Source: a virus. Taken from it: a stretch of 64,000 nucleotides of DNA. Shown one piece after another: positions 1-9,748 of the stretch; the stretch's first letter is position 1, and every line of letters begins with the position of its first letter. The notes beneath the pieces are model-generated. The model made no database searches, was not told the origin of the DNA, and saw only the letters and a list, made by a program, of their open reading frames with translations. The stretch covers positions 1-64,000 of IMG/VR virus record IMGVR_UViG_3300020182_000022, one strand, 5' to 3'. The translations under genes were made by a program, and so were the position numbers.

Positions 1-2
1 TC

Positions 3-386
3 GAACCAGGGTGTGAGCTGGCGTGTGAAATACTTGATTCATTTGAATCAAGAGGATCACCAGTTGGGGTTCATGAGTTGTATCGGTTTCGGTTCAACTA
101 CCTGTTTAACAGTCTGGTGGATGGTTATCATGACCCGCACGTGGATGACTCAGGATTGTGTGCTGATGGTGTTGATCATTGGGTGTGTGTGATCCAGCTG
201 ATTGGTGATGGGCCTACATATGTGTTTGACAGGAGGTGGGGCCAAGATCAGAGTGATGATGAACCATACCAATTGATAGAGTTCAAGCCAGGTAACGCTA
301 TTATTTTCCCGGGTGATCGATACCATTCCAGTAGCAGTCCGGTTAAATCACAGTGTAGATTGGCTATTAATATCAACTTGGGTTGA
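3..386 (+). CDS. 2OG-Fe(II) oxygenase-like protein, 5'-truncated by the window edge
   Basis: The frame is open from position 3. It has HxD (PHVD), a distal His (GDRYHSS) and the C-terminal R-x-x-I-N-I-N strand typical of small phage 2OG-Fe(II) oxygenases. Confidence 0.7.
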   Translation, partial: EPGCELACEILDSFESRGSPVGVHELYRFRFNYLFNSLVDGYHDPHVDDSGLCADGVDHWVCVIQLIGDGPTYVFDRRWGQDQSDDEPYQLIEFKPGNAIIFPGDRYHSSSSPVKSQCRLAININLG

Positions 387-403
387 TTTGTTGAGGGTGT
401 TTT

Positions 404-411
404 AATAAATA
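404..411 (+). promoter_or_regulatory. Late-type promoter motif AATAAATA
   Basis: Resembles the T4 late consensus TATAAATA and lies 5 nt before ATG 417. Confidence 0.55.
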
Positions 412-416
412 ATAGT

Positions 417-788
417 ATGATCAAACCGGAAGAAATCAAGAGCTCGATATCAGAGTTGCGCAGAAAAACTAAAGTTGGTGACAAGGCGGATGTTGTCGTG
501 GGTGTTACTGTGTTTTATGAATGGACTAATGGTATTGACCGGGCAGGGAACACTTTTGTTACTTATGACTTTGAGGATGATTTTGATCCAGACTCCAAGG
601 ACTTTACTAGCTTTGGTGAGCTGACTAAAGGCCAGGTGACTGAATGGATCGAACCACTAGAAGCTGTTCGAATGGACGGTATAATAAGCTCCATAGAGGC
701 ACAGATTCAAGAGAACTACTTCCCGGAGTACGTGGTTGAATCTCCGGAATGGGATGAGAATGACCAGATTTCGGTCAAACAAGCATAA
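417..788 (+). CDS. Hypothetical phage protein, possibly tail-fibre associated
   Basis: 123-aa acidic ORF. Its 'F.SFGELTKGQVTEWI' segment resembles small proteins often found beside tail-fibre genes in aquatic phages. Confidence 0.55.
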   Translation: MIKPEEIKSSISELRRKTKVGDKADVVVGVTVFYEWTNGIDRAGNTFVTYDFEDDFDPDSKDFTSFGELTKGQVTEWIEPLEAVRMDGIISSIEAQIQENYFPEYVVESPEWDENDQISVKQA

Positions 789-814
789 CATTCATCATAT
801 CTAAATACAATGTG

Positions 815-3800
815 TTACGGTGTTATAACACATTGTGGTCGTTGATCACGAATCTCCCATGATAAGTTACCAGTAGTATTAGTACCATTTTGGTAATCGT
901 ACCCCATGTACTGAATTATATACTTTCCTAGATTGTTATCAAACACAACCCGTATGTTAAATGTCATTACTTCACCGGCGATGAATGTAGTATTCTGAAT
1001 ACTTCCATCGTACGCAATTCTTGTGTATGCGGTCATGTATTTGGTTGATGTGGCGGTTATGTGCCATATGATATGCCATATTATCACTCCTCCTCCATTC
1101 GCATTAGGAATCTCTGCAGAGTTCCATTCTGCTGTACCTAAGTTACGCCAGGTGTTATCATACGTCAAGTTCGGGTATGTGTACGTTTGTGATTGATATT
1201 TCTTACGCAACAAGGAATTTACTGTTAGTGGTTGAGCGTTGATATTCACACCATCTATATCAACAGTCAACTTGTTTTGACCGTTGTGGGTCAAATGTAA
1301 ATCGTGATTTGTGTCTTTGAACAATCCAGTGTCTGGTTTTGAAGCAAACGAGAACTGTGGTTTAATTTTTGACTCCCAGATGGTTTCTCCGTCAATACTC
1401 GTCACGTAATTTCCACCTTCCCCAGCGATCACATACTTGCCAATTGAATGTGCGTACAATATACCTACCGGGCTGAACAACCCAGTCATAGCTGGTGTGA
1501 TCTCAGTCCATTCTGGTTGATAATCGTATACTGCTAACATTTGTGATAGTGTTGGTATTTCGCAGAAGAATATCTTACCAGATGCCATCACATATAACTT
1601 GTTGTTGTCTTGTATTGGTCTGAATTGCGCCGTAGCCTGATTTCCTATGCCACCGCCAGTTGGTCCGGTAAATTTTCTCGTGTATATTGCTGAGGAATTA
1701 GCATACACCCAAAGCAAGTCATCAGGCCAATGACCGGTCTGGAGAGGGTAAATACCAGTTGCTAGCGCTCCCCCGTTATTCGGAAGATAACACAAAACGT
1801 CCCCGGGGAACACAAGAGGATCACTACTACCAGGTGCTGAAGAACCACGTCCTAGGTTTCGGTTTTCTAATGTGGTTTTGTGGTGAGTTATCAGGTCGCT
1901 CTGATAATTAGATACATATGTATTGGCATTAGAAATAGAACTTCCGTTCAGTCCATTCATTGTCGCGTGTGAAATCCATGACACCCAACTGGTTACGGGA
2001 TGCATCCCGTAATTAGTATATACAATCTGTGATCCGTTAGGAAGAGGGATTTTTTTATTGTATCGTTGATTAAATGGTTCGTAAGTCCTAAGATCGGCCT
2101 TGTTATGGATACTGGCGTCATCAACTCCTAGTTGCCAAGTATTTGGTTCATCAGGCCATGCTGTTCCAGTTCGGGCTACAAACGATTGGTGAAAGTGACA
2201 ATTTGCATTGGATTTGAGTGTGATCTTGACTAAAAACACATATTCTGTACCAGAGTGATTGACGTTATTATCACTCACCCCGGGACGGGTGCCGTTATCC
2301 TGCATGAATTGAACCAATCCTTTTCCGCCAAATGTAGTTGATTTCTTTAGCACCACATGCATGCAGTTTGCCTGGTTACCATAAGAAGTACTCCATTGTG
2401 TATCCGAATACACTGTGGTTATATCACAAAGATGATCTGTAGACGTGTTGTTGCTCGTATTGTAATAACCGGTTTCGCCACCTGAGTGTTGGCTCTGGTA
2501 CAACGCAACATTCCAATCATTCTTGTCAAAATGTCCGGTGGAATCCCAAAATGTTATCACCATCACTTCCTCGCCATTTCTATACGATATGCCATCATAC
2601 GAATACTTTGTCGCCTCTGGGTGCCAGCGACCCATCAGTTTACTAGAGCTGTACACCTGGCTAGCTTGTTTGAGCCAATGAGTACTGTTAATACTCGATC
2701 CGATTCCGGCTGTACCTCCTCCGGGGATTTGTTGGCTGTAAACTATCGACCCATTTCCACTACCAGAAGGATCATAACCATATGTTGATGGAACATGATG
2801 AGATGAACTTGTATTATGTCCGGTTTTGTTGTATGAATAGTTAGTGTGTGTCAACCAGAACCAGCCCGGGTTTCTAGAGCCTCCATTGAGCATCATGCCT
2901 ACAAATCTCTTGCATGTGGGTTTTCTTTCATCAGTTGAATATGTATCCGGGGTACCGTATTCCAAAATTGAAACAACATGAGCGTAATTGGCGGATACCC
3001 ACCGGTGGATAGCTCCAACATGATTCCGGGACTGGGTACTTTGGAAATAATGTCCGTTATTACTGTATTGCGGCCATTGGTATGCCGGTATGTATTCATT
3101 ATAATAAAACCCGGGGTGGATAACGCTCCAACCATGAACATCTGCAGTCGATCCGTTTTGGTAGAAGTCGTAAGAACCAACCGCGTATGTCCCGATTCCA
3201 CCGGATTTACCAGGGTGTATGTTGGTTGTCTTCGTGTAACCGGATCGGAATGGATGATGATAGAGTGTGGTATTACCCATGGTTCCGTATGCCTCAAGAG
3301 GATTATTCGCTTGATCAAGGGAGTGCCGGCAGTCATATGACTGGACATTTCCTTGGATATTTTCGATCCGGCTCAAATATGAACTACCACGGACCCACTC
3401 TTCACCAGGTATGAGAGCCAGGTGTGGAGATGAGCTAATATTGTATTTTGTCGGGAAGGTCGCGATTTCATGTTTTCCTATGCTGTTACTAAAGATGGCC
3501 AGAAAAGACGGGACTTTGAGACCATTTCCAAAAGTGTTTGACCACACATCACCAATCTTGGTATATGACGGCTTGCGGTAATTGGCTGAACTAGCAGTAC
3601 CATTTTGACCTACTATTGAAATGATCGGATCATTGTTGACTCCATCTGCGATCATGTAGACTGATGCGCTGTTGACGTGTTCTTCACTTACATTACCAAC
3701 AGAAGGTTTATATACATCCACCGGTACACCAGCCACATCAGCTGAGTTTATCTTCTCCCATATCGCTAACTTGTAAAATGACACTGTATCTCCCTGTGTA

Positions 3801-6772
3801 GGGTAACTGCCGTATGATGCGTTTGTTGTCGCGCTAGTATTATCAAGTGTTAATGTTACTGTTGTTCCTGCAGTGTTTCCTCTGATGTATCTTGATGCAC
3901 TGTTCCGTTGACCTAGAGTTGAGTTGTTTGTGAGTAAAGTGCTCCTAGGAGCTGTTGTGACAGCAAGGTACCCGGTCAGTTCATTTTCTGAAAAGTACCG
4001 GTTCATTGTAACACTCATAGTTGGGTCTCCGTATCCGGTGATTGTTGTATTGTTAACACCTGTGTGTTGTACGTTGTGTTGAGCAGTTAATGCTCTAGTA
4101 TCTAGTTTATGTACTCCGGAGCTGTTAAACATCAACCACGATTCTGAATCAGACGGATCAACAATAATCGAATACCAGCCGGTGCCGATTTGTTTTACTC
4201 CTTCCTCCCCCCATTGACCAACCACACCATCCTTCTCCCACGCGCCAGCTAAATTGTAATGTTGTAATCCCCATCCTCCATTTGCAATTGAATTGATACC
4301 AGCAGTTGTTCGTACAGTTGACCAAGGTAATATATAAGTTGATCTATATGGTATCCAGCCATATGATGAGTGAATACTATCTCTCAAACCACTATTGGAA
4401 GAAGCACTTGTTATACTATAAGCCCAACCGGCGTTTGAATTATACAACGGTGTGGATGTGTTGCATACGAAGAACAACCGGACCGGGCAACTATTGACAA
4501 AAGATTGATTGATTGTTCCACCGGCATTTTTATGATTCATTATGTGACGCAGTCCGCTGATCATCATTGCACTGTTACTGGAACCAGGATATGATCCGCC
4601 GGCTCCAACGAAGAAGTCCGCCTTGTGATGATACAAACATGCATTCCAGTATATATGATACATTGTGATACTGTATGCGTAGTTGTTCGCCTCTCTAGTT
4701 GAGGTGTGCCACCAGTCACCTTCAGGCATGTATATAAAATCTAATTCCGCGGCGGTGAGGTTCAAATTTCTGCGAATCGGGTAATTGTCACCGTCTATCT
4801 CTTGTGAAGCTGCTCGTATATAGCTAGATATGAAAAAGTTTTTCAAATAGTTCTTATTGGTTGTGTTGCCTATATAATCTTCATAAAACGGGTAACTACC
4901 ACGGACCGTAGAAGGAGAAAAACCATAACCACTCACACCAGCTAAAAAGTGGTCTCTAGTGATCACGTCATTACTACTGCCTCCATAAAGTGTTCTGTTC
5001 CGGGAAACACTTCCGCCGGCGTAATATGTACTCTCCATGACCAAGCTACCATGAGCTACCCAAGTGTCTCCCAAGTCATCACTTCGCACGGTCCTAGCTA
5101 CCCCGGAGCTGAAATTTTGATTGATGAAAGCAAGTAATCGGGTTTTTCCGTTTGATGTGAGCACGCTTGTCATTTCCATTATTATGTTGGCGCTAGTAAT
5201 TCCATCAGCTCTACAAGTGCTCCAAGTCACACCATCTTGAGACCTGCTCATGACCCCCACCACGTCGCTCACGAAAAAAGTTCCGGAGTATTTATCATAA
5301 AAATGTAAGTGAGGTGTAGTTGGAGCTGCTCCTGTCGGGCTAAACTCTCCTCCAAGTTGATTAGTCCCGGCTAACATCTCCACCTTGTCGGTCACGAACA
5401 TTGTTTCAGTTGTTGATTGTGTTATCTCTGCATTTGAAATTGCTGCAGTACCAGTCACATCCATTGATCCGGATTCACCGTCCATAGACACTGTGGAGTT
5501 CCCTTCTGAGTCCATCACGCTCAATCCACCACCACCATCAACAACAGTTAATGATAATGTTTCAATACCAGCGTCATTTCTATAGCTTGTTCCAGCGGTT
5601 GTTGATGATGTACCACCGGTAGTTTCAACTGTCGTGACTCCAGAGGAGTTTTTGAACGTCTGACTGCTACCACCACTCGTACCACCTGAACTTAAATTAT
5701 ATGTCTCTTGACCAGAAGCATTTTTCATGCTCTGTGTAGCACCTGCTCCGGCTCCACCACCATCTAGACTCATTGTCTCTTGTCCAGACGCGTTTTTTAA
5801 ACCTAGTGATCCTTGAATCGACGTGGAAGCAGTACCACCACTATCACCACCATCTACATTGAACGTGTCTGCACCGGCGCTATTTTTTACAGATAACCCT
5901 CCACCACCATTAGAAGTACCACCAGTAAGGGCGACTGTATTCTGACCCGCTGTGTTTTTCAGAGCCAACGTACTCTCACCGTTGCTTCCACCGGATGATA
6001 AATTGAATGTCTCTTGACCACTAGCGTTCTTCAAGCTTTGTGTTGAGCCCTGACCTGCGTTACCAGAGAGTAAGCTGAATGTCTCTTGACCACTAGCGTT
6101 CTTCAAGCTTTGTGTTGAGCCCTGACCTGCGTTACCAGAGAGTAAGCTGAATGTCTCTTGACCACTAGCGTTCTTCATGCTCTGACTTCCTCCCTCTCCG
6201 GAGGCACCTCCATCAAAAGATATAGTTTTAACATCGTCTTGATTTAATATATCCAACCCTCTCATGTTAACAGCTCCAGGGAAATCGATAGCTGATGGTG
6301 TCATTCGAGTGATGTTGCTCAAGCTGGTATCATCTCCATGGACTATTGATAAAAATTTATCTCCAGAGGAGTTGAATAGCCTCCCGGTGAATCGGAAGGT
6401 ATTTAGAGTAGATCCGGTTGGTATCTCTATAGCTGTATAGATTACTGAGCTGTACGTTACTTGACAGACTCTACATAGAGTATTATCAGGAAACCCTTTG
6501 TTAACAGCATTGATATGAGTGGTATCGTAGGCTGTTGTAGAGTTTATCTCAATATTGAGCTTTCGGTTGTATGAACCGGTGCTGCCTCTTACTCCCGTGA
6601 TAGTACCAAGCACGTAGTGTTCTGATGATCTAGTGGGATGTGTATCGGATGATTGATGTCGGTGCAGTATTATATAATCCTTACCGCTACCATCTCTAGT
6701 TACCCCAGGTATCTCTCTTCCTATTACAAAGTCATCTATGTTAACCTGCCCTGATATATTATGTGTATTCAT
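815..6772 (-). CDS. Very large tail fibre / receptor-binding-like virion protein (1985 aa)
   Basis: S/G/T/N-rich, with about 24-aa degenerate repeats (xKNASGQETxxLxGG) and Asp-box-like motifs (SQDGVTW, SDDLGDTW, SIDGETIW). Lies downstream of another fibre-like gene. Confidence 0.7.
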   Translation of the reverse strand: MNTHNISGQVNIDDFVIGREIPGVTRDGSGKDYIILHRHQSSDTHPTRSSEHYVLGTITGVRGSTGSYNRKLNIEINSTTAYDTTHINAVNKGFPDNTLCRVCQVTYSSVIYTAIEIPTGSTLNTFRFTGRLFNSSGDKFLSIVHGDDTSLSNITRMTPSAIDFPGAVNMRGLDILNQDDVKTISFDGGASGEGGSQSMKNASGQETFSLLSGNAGQGSTQSLKNASGQETFSLLSGNAGQGSTQSLKNASGQETFNLSSGGSNGESTLALKNTAGQNTVALTGGTSNGGGGLSVKNSAGADTFNVDGGDSGGTASTSIQGSLGLKNASGQETMSLDGGGAGAGATQSMKNASGQETYNLSSGGTSGGSSQTFKNSSGVTTVETTGGTSSTTAGTSYRNDAGIETLSLTVVDGGGGLSVMDSEGNSTVSMDGESGSMDVTGTAAISNAEITQSTTETMFVTDKVEMLAGTNQLGGEFSPTGAAPTTPHLHFYDKYSGTFFVSDVVGVMSRSQDGVTWSTCRADGITSANIIMEMTSVLTSNGKTRLLAFINQNFSSGVARTVRSDDLGDTWVAHGSLVMESTYYAGGSVSRNRTLYGGSSNDVITRDHFLAGVSGYGFSPSTVRGSYPFYEDYIGNTTNKNYLKNFFISSYIRAASQEIDGDNYPIRRNLNLTAAELDFIYMPEGDWWHTSTREANNYAYSITMYHIYWNACLYHHKADFFVGAGGSYPGSSNSAMMISGLRHIMNHKNAGGTINQSFVNSCPVRLFFVCNTSTPLYNSNAGWAYSITSASSNSGLRDSIHSSYGWIPYRSTYILPWSTVRTTAGINSIANGGWGLQHYNLAGAWEKDGVVGQWGEEGVKQIGTGWYSIIVDPSDSESWLMFNSSGVHKLDTRALTAQHNVQHTGVNNTTITGYGDPTMSVTMNRYFSENELTGYLAVTTAPRSTLLTNNSTLGQRNSASRYIRGNTAGTTVTLTLDNTSATTNASYGSYPTQGDTVSFYKLAIWEKINSADVAGVPVDVYKPSVGNVSEEHVNSASVYMIADGVNNDPIISIVGQNGTASSANYRKPSYTKIGDVWSNTFGNGLKVPSFLAIFSNSIGKHEIATFPTKYNISSSPHLALIPGEEWVRGSSYLSRIENIQGNVQSYDCRHSLDQANNPLEAYGTMGNTTLYHHPFRSGYTKTTNIHPGKSGGIGTYAVGSYDFYQNGSTADVHGWSVIHPGFYYNEYIPAYQWPQYSNNGHYFQSTQSRNHVGAIHRWVSANYAHVVSILEYGTPDTYSTDERKPTCKRFVGMMLNGGSRNPGWFWLTHTNYSYNKTGHNTSSSHHVPSTYGYDPSGSGNGSIVYSQQIPGGGTAGIGSSINSTHWLKQASQVYSSSKLMGRWHPEATKYSYDGISYRNGEEVMVITFWDSTGHFDKNDWNVALYQSQHSGGETGYYNTSNNTSTDHLCDITTVYSDTQWSTSYGNQANCMHVVLKKSTTFGGKGLVQFMQDNGTRPGVSDNNVNHSGTEYVFLVKITLKSNANCHFHQSFVARTGTAWPDEPNTWQLGVDDASIHNKADLRTYEPFNQRYNKKIPLPNGSQIVYTNYGMHPVTSWVSWISHATMNGLNGSSISNANTYVSNYQSDLITHHKTTLENRNLGRGSSAPGSSDPLVFPGDVLCYLPNNGGALATGIYPLQTGHWPDDLLWVYANSSAIYTRKFTGPTGGGIGNQATAQFRPIQDNNKLYVMASGKIFFCEIPTLSQMLAVYDYQPEWTEITPAMTGLFSPVGILYAHSIGKYVIAGEGGNYVTSIDGETIWESKIKPQFSFASKPDTGLFKDTNHDLHLTHNGQNKLTVDIDGVNINAQPLTVNSLLRKKYQSQTYTYPNLTYDNTWRNLGTAEWNSAEIPNANGGGVIIWHIIWHITATSTKYMTAYTRIAYDGSIQNTTFIAGEVMTFNIRVVFDNNLGKYIIQYMGYDYQNGTNTTGNLSWEIRDQRPQCVITP
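6004..6177. repeat. Exact 72-bp tandem repeat (about 2.4 copies) in the tail-fibre gene
   Basis: GAATGTCTCTTGACCACTAGCGTTCTTCA... starts at 6005, 6077 and 6149. It encodes SLKNASGQETFSLLSGNAGQGSTQ. Confidence 0.92.
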
Positions 6773-6782
6773 CTATTTAAAT

Positions 6783-6789
6783 TATTTAT
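6783..6789 (-). promoter_or_regulatory. Late-type promoter motif ATAAATA
   Basis: Overlaps the upstream stop codon and lies 10 nt before ATG 6772. Confidence 0.45.
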
Positions 6790-9707
6790 GATATTATGTG
6801 AACTTCTGGTAGAAGATTTGGTTGTATATCACTATCTCTCGTCGCTTGATTGTTCACTTCTAGTTGTACTAGAAGTTCACAGGTGTAGGGACCAGGTCCA
6901 GTATTCGGCCATGAACCATTTTGCTGTATGTTTAGTTGTTGTATAAAGTAATTACCGTCTGTGCTACTACCACTAGATACATCAGCATCAGGTGTCGATC
7001 TAACTCCTTGTGAGTAACTCTCTAATAGTAGCTCACCTATAGAGTGGTTCTCTTGTGTGACAGTGTGTGTAAAATCTCGATCCGCTTCCCAGTATGTATA
7101 ACCTTCAACTGATACATAACCAAAGGCTAGATGATTACTACCGTCGGTATAATTCCGAGAGCCTGTTACCGTTAGGTTGAATCTATTCATCCCTTGAGTG
7201 AGTATGGCGACGTTTATCTTTTTGGTGGGTATTTGTGCTCCAGTGTATTGGAATGAAATCACCTTTTCGTAATATGTCTTCGATCCAGTCTGAATTATAC
7301 GTTCCATCTTATCTGAGGAACCGGACAAGTTTCCGTCACCTTGTATGTACACACTATTGTATATCTTGGAACTCTTCCGTTCTATATCCATCACTAACGT
7401 ACTTGACGTATCATTACCATACTCGCTATCAGACGTACTACCTGGATTGTTAGTTCCTACTGGATTACCACCAACGAACGCTCTCAAGTGATCCGGGTCA
7501 TCTGGATAATAATCACCATCTATGTCATTCAAAGCAGTCCAATACGTATCTCTATCTATATCTATAACTCCACCTAAACTTCCCCACGTGTCACCTGGAC
7601 CGAAGCCTTCAAATGTCTGCAATTCAGTGTTATATCGAATTGTACCATACATCGGTGTGAAATCTGCTATTGATGGTAATCCCGATAACCCGAATAACCC
7701 ACTTACTGGTCTCTGGCTAGTGTCACCTACTGGTATTCTTACTCCGTCTGTTGATTCTAAGTACAACTTGATAAAAGGATCACTCATCCCAATACCCACG
7801 TTACCGTCATTAAGCAACGTCAATACATCACCATAATCATCATGACTGAATCGTATACTATCAGGATTAGTGACGTATTGTAGTGGTTGTCTTAACTGCC
7901 ATTTAAATACACCGTTATCATAAAAACGGAGATGATTTTGAGTATTTCCTGTTGTTGAGTTAACACCAATTCCACCATGGTTATAATTGTGATCAACCAT
8001 TAGCGTAGCGTAAACAGGCCCAGGTCCCTGACTCTCTATAGTATCTGAAACATGTAGGGCATGCTGCGGTGTACTAGTACCTACACCCATCTTCGTTTGA
8101 TCGTCTAAATACAAGCTAGCTTGAAGCACATCATCATTATCTCTGTCCCAGAACACCGCCACTGGTTGTGCTCCTGATTGAGTTACTGTTAAAGCTGGTC
8201 CGGTTCCGATGTTGGTTATGTCCATTGCACTAGTAGCATGGATCAATGTGTCAATCTGATTAGTTACACCCTTGACCCACAAATCACCTTCAATATGTGC
8301 ACTTCCTGCAACGTGAAGTGTAGTGACAGGGTTACTGTGACCTAAACCCACTCTTCCATTAGTAGCGTCAACAAACAAAGCGTGTGATGCTAACGCCGCA
8401 GTGTGATTCTGTACATTGCCATCAGTACCTGTGTCAGTCGTATCCTGCTGTGGATCTAAATTTTGTGCTACTACTCTGAAGTTGTGATCATTTGCATCTC
8501 TATTAAGAACTGTCTCTGTCGGGTCAACATAAAACAAACTAGCACCTGTCAAATCATCATCATCGTTACCCTGTATATCAAATATAGCTGTGTCGTCTCC
8601 ATCACCTGGACCACTCAATGTGATCATGTCAGTGCTTGCGTCAACAAACAACATCTTTTCACTCTTGTCAGACTCGATTCGAAAATCAGTATCACCATTT
8701 CCGTCATCATTAATAACAACTTCTGTTCCATCTCCTTTGACTAGTATTGAAGTGGTGTTTGTGTTAGATTCAATTCTAGTGTCTATCAAATTGCTATCCT
8801 CATTGATCACTACTGCGGTCGGACTGACACTCAGTAAACTTGCACCAGACAGACTGGCGTTATCATTACCAGTGACAGTAAATAGATCGGTATCATCATT
8901 AGCTGCTCCGTTGATAGTAACATGATCCTCACTAGTATCTACATATAACATATGAGGTGTGGTGTCACCCTCTACTCTAAAGTCAGTGTCACTATTACCA
9001 TCACCATTAATGACCACCTCACTACCGTCACCACTCACTACCACTGCCTGAGTGTTTGTGGATGTCCTGATTATTGTATCAACATCAGCTTGATTCTTGT
9101 TAACCACAAACACGTCTTGTGTGTCATCCTCTTTCATCTGAAGCATGTCAACCCCACCAACTCGGAAGTTCACCTCATCATAATCCTGATCTGGTGGAGG
9201 AATTGGTGGTGTGATCGATCCATCAGCATTCACGTGATGTGCTTTGGTGTCAGTACCAAATAACATGTATGTGTCTGTGTCATCATTATGATAGATATAG
9301 TCCTCGATACCTACTTGACCACGAACGTCTAGATCAAAACTAGGAGATTCCGATGAGCTAGCATGCTCACCTAGGTGGTTCATTCCAATACCAACTCTAC
9401 CAATCTCATCAACAATAAATGTTCTGGCTCCAGGAGCCGAGCTAGTATGCATTGTTAACGTACCACTATCGTATATTGTTAAGCTACTTGTATCATATAC
9501 ATCTATATCAGATTTGTTTAAAAACCTTACATGCGTGTTATCATGCGTTACATATTCTGAATTACGAAACACGACATTCTGCATGTGCAGCTCATCGCCT
9601 GCATAGTAATCGTATGGTACAAGTTCGTAATTTCCGGTGACTAGGTGTATTCCATGGGTCCTGTTAACCCAATCGTAGTATGCTGTTGGCTGATATTGAT
9701 CTGACAT
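6786..9707 (-). CDS. Tail fibre / baseplate-associated structural protein (973 aa)
   Basis: Has repeated 'GxVGIG', 'DFR(V/I)E' and 'LxVDxS' beta-helical units, plus a 'GDTSQRP...GTIRYNTELQTFEGF...WGSLGG' motif characteristic of T4-like fibre proteins. Confidence 0.7.
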   Translation of the reverse strand: MSDQYQPTAYYDWVNRTHGIHLVTGNYELVPYDYYAGDELHMQNVVFRNSEYVTHDNTHVRFLNKSDIDVYDTSSLTIYDSGTLTMHTSSAPGARTFIVDEIGRVGIGMNHLGEHASSSESPSFDLDVRGQVGIEDYIYHNDDTDTYMLFGTDTKAHHVNADGSITPPIPPPDQDYDEVNFRVGGVDMLQMKEDDTQDVFVVNKNQADVDTIIRTSTNTQAVVVSGDGSEVVINGDGNSDTDFRVEGDTTPHMLYVDTSEDHVTINGAANDDTDLFTVTGNDNASLSGASLLSVSPTAVVINEDSNLIDTRIESNTNTTSILVKGDGTEVVINDDGNGDTDFRIESDKSEKMLFVDASTDMITLSGPGDGDDTAIFDIQGNDDDDLTGASLFYVDPTETVLNRDANDHNFRVVAQNLDPQQDTTDTGTDGNVQNHTAALASHALFVDATNGRVGLGHSNPVTTLHVAGSAHIEGDLWVKGVTNQIDTLIHATSAMDITNIGTGPALTVTQSGAQPVAVFWDRDNDDVLQASLYLDDQTKMGVGTSTPQHALHVSDTIESQGPGPVYATLMVDHNYNHGGIGVNSTTGNTQNHLRFYDNGVFKWQLRQPLQYVTNPDSIRFSHDDYGDVLTLLNDGNVGIGMSDPFIKLYLESTDGVRIPVGDTSQRPVSGLFGLSGLPSIADFTPMYGTIRYNTELQTFEGFGPGDTWGSLGGVIDIDRDTYWTALNDIDGDYYPDDPDHLRAFVGGNPVGTNNPGSTSDSEYGNDTSSTLVMDIERKSSKIYNSVYIQGDGNLSGSSDKMERIIQTGSKTYYEKVISFQYTGAQIPTKKINVAILTQGMNRFNLTVTGSRNYTDGSNHLAFGYVSVEGYTYWEADRDFTHTVTQENHSIGELLLESYSQGVRSTPDADVSSGSSTDGNYFIQQLNIQQNGSWPNTGPGPYTCELLVQLEVNNQATRDSDIQPNLLPEVHIIS

Positions 9708-9715
9708 GTCTTAAG

Positions 9716-9722
9716 TATTTAT
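9716..9722 (-). promoter_or_regulatory. Late-type promoter motif ATAAATA
   Basis: 8 nt before ATG 9707. Confidence 0.55.
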
Positions 9723-9748
9723 TGCTCAGACGTGCCGTTCCTACCGTT

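Noticed and set aside
2486-3414. Several short overlapping ORFs inside the 1985-aa gene
   Set aside because: They are alternate-frame or antisense ORFs without motifs or promoters, as expected by chance.
6004-6177. Possible CRISPR array or DGR template/variable repeat pair
   Set aside because: The repeats are directly adjacent with no spacers and are in-frame coding. There is no adenine-specific mismatch pattern, and no cas or reverse transcriptase gene in the window.
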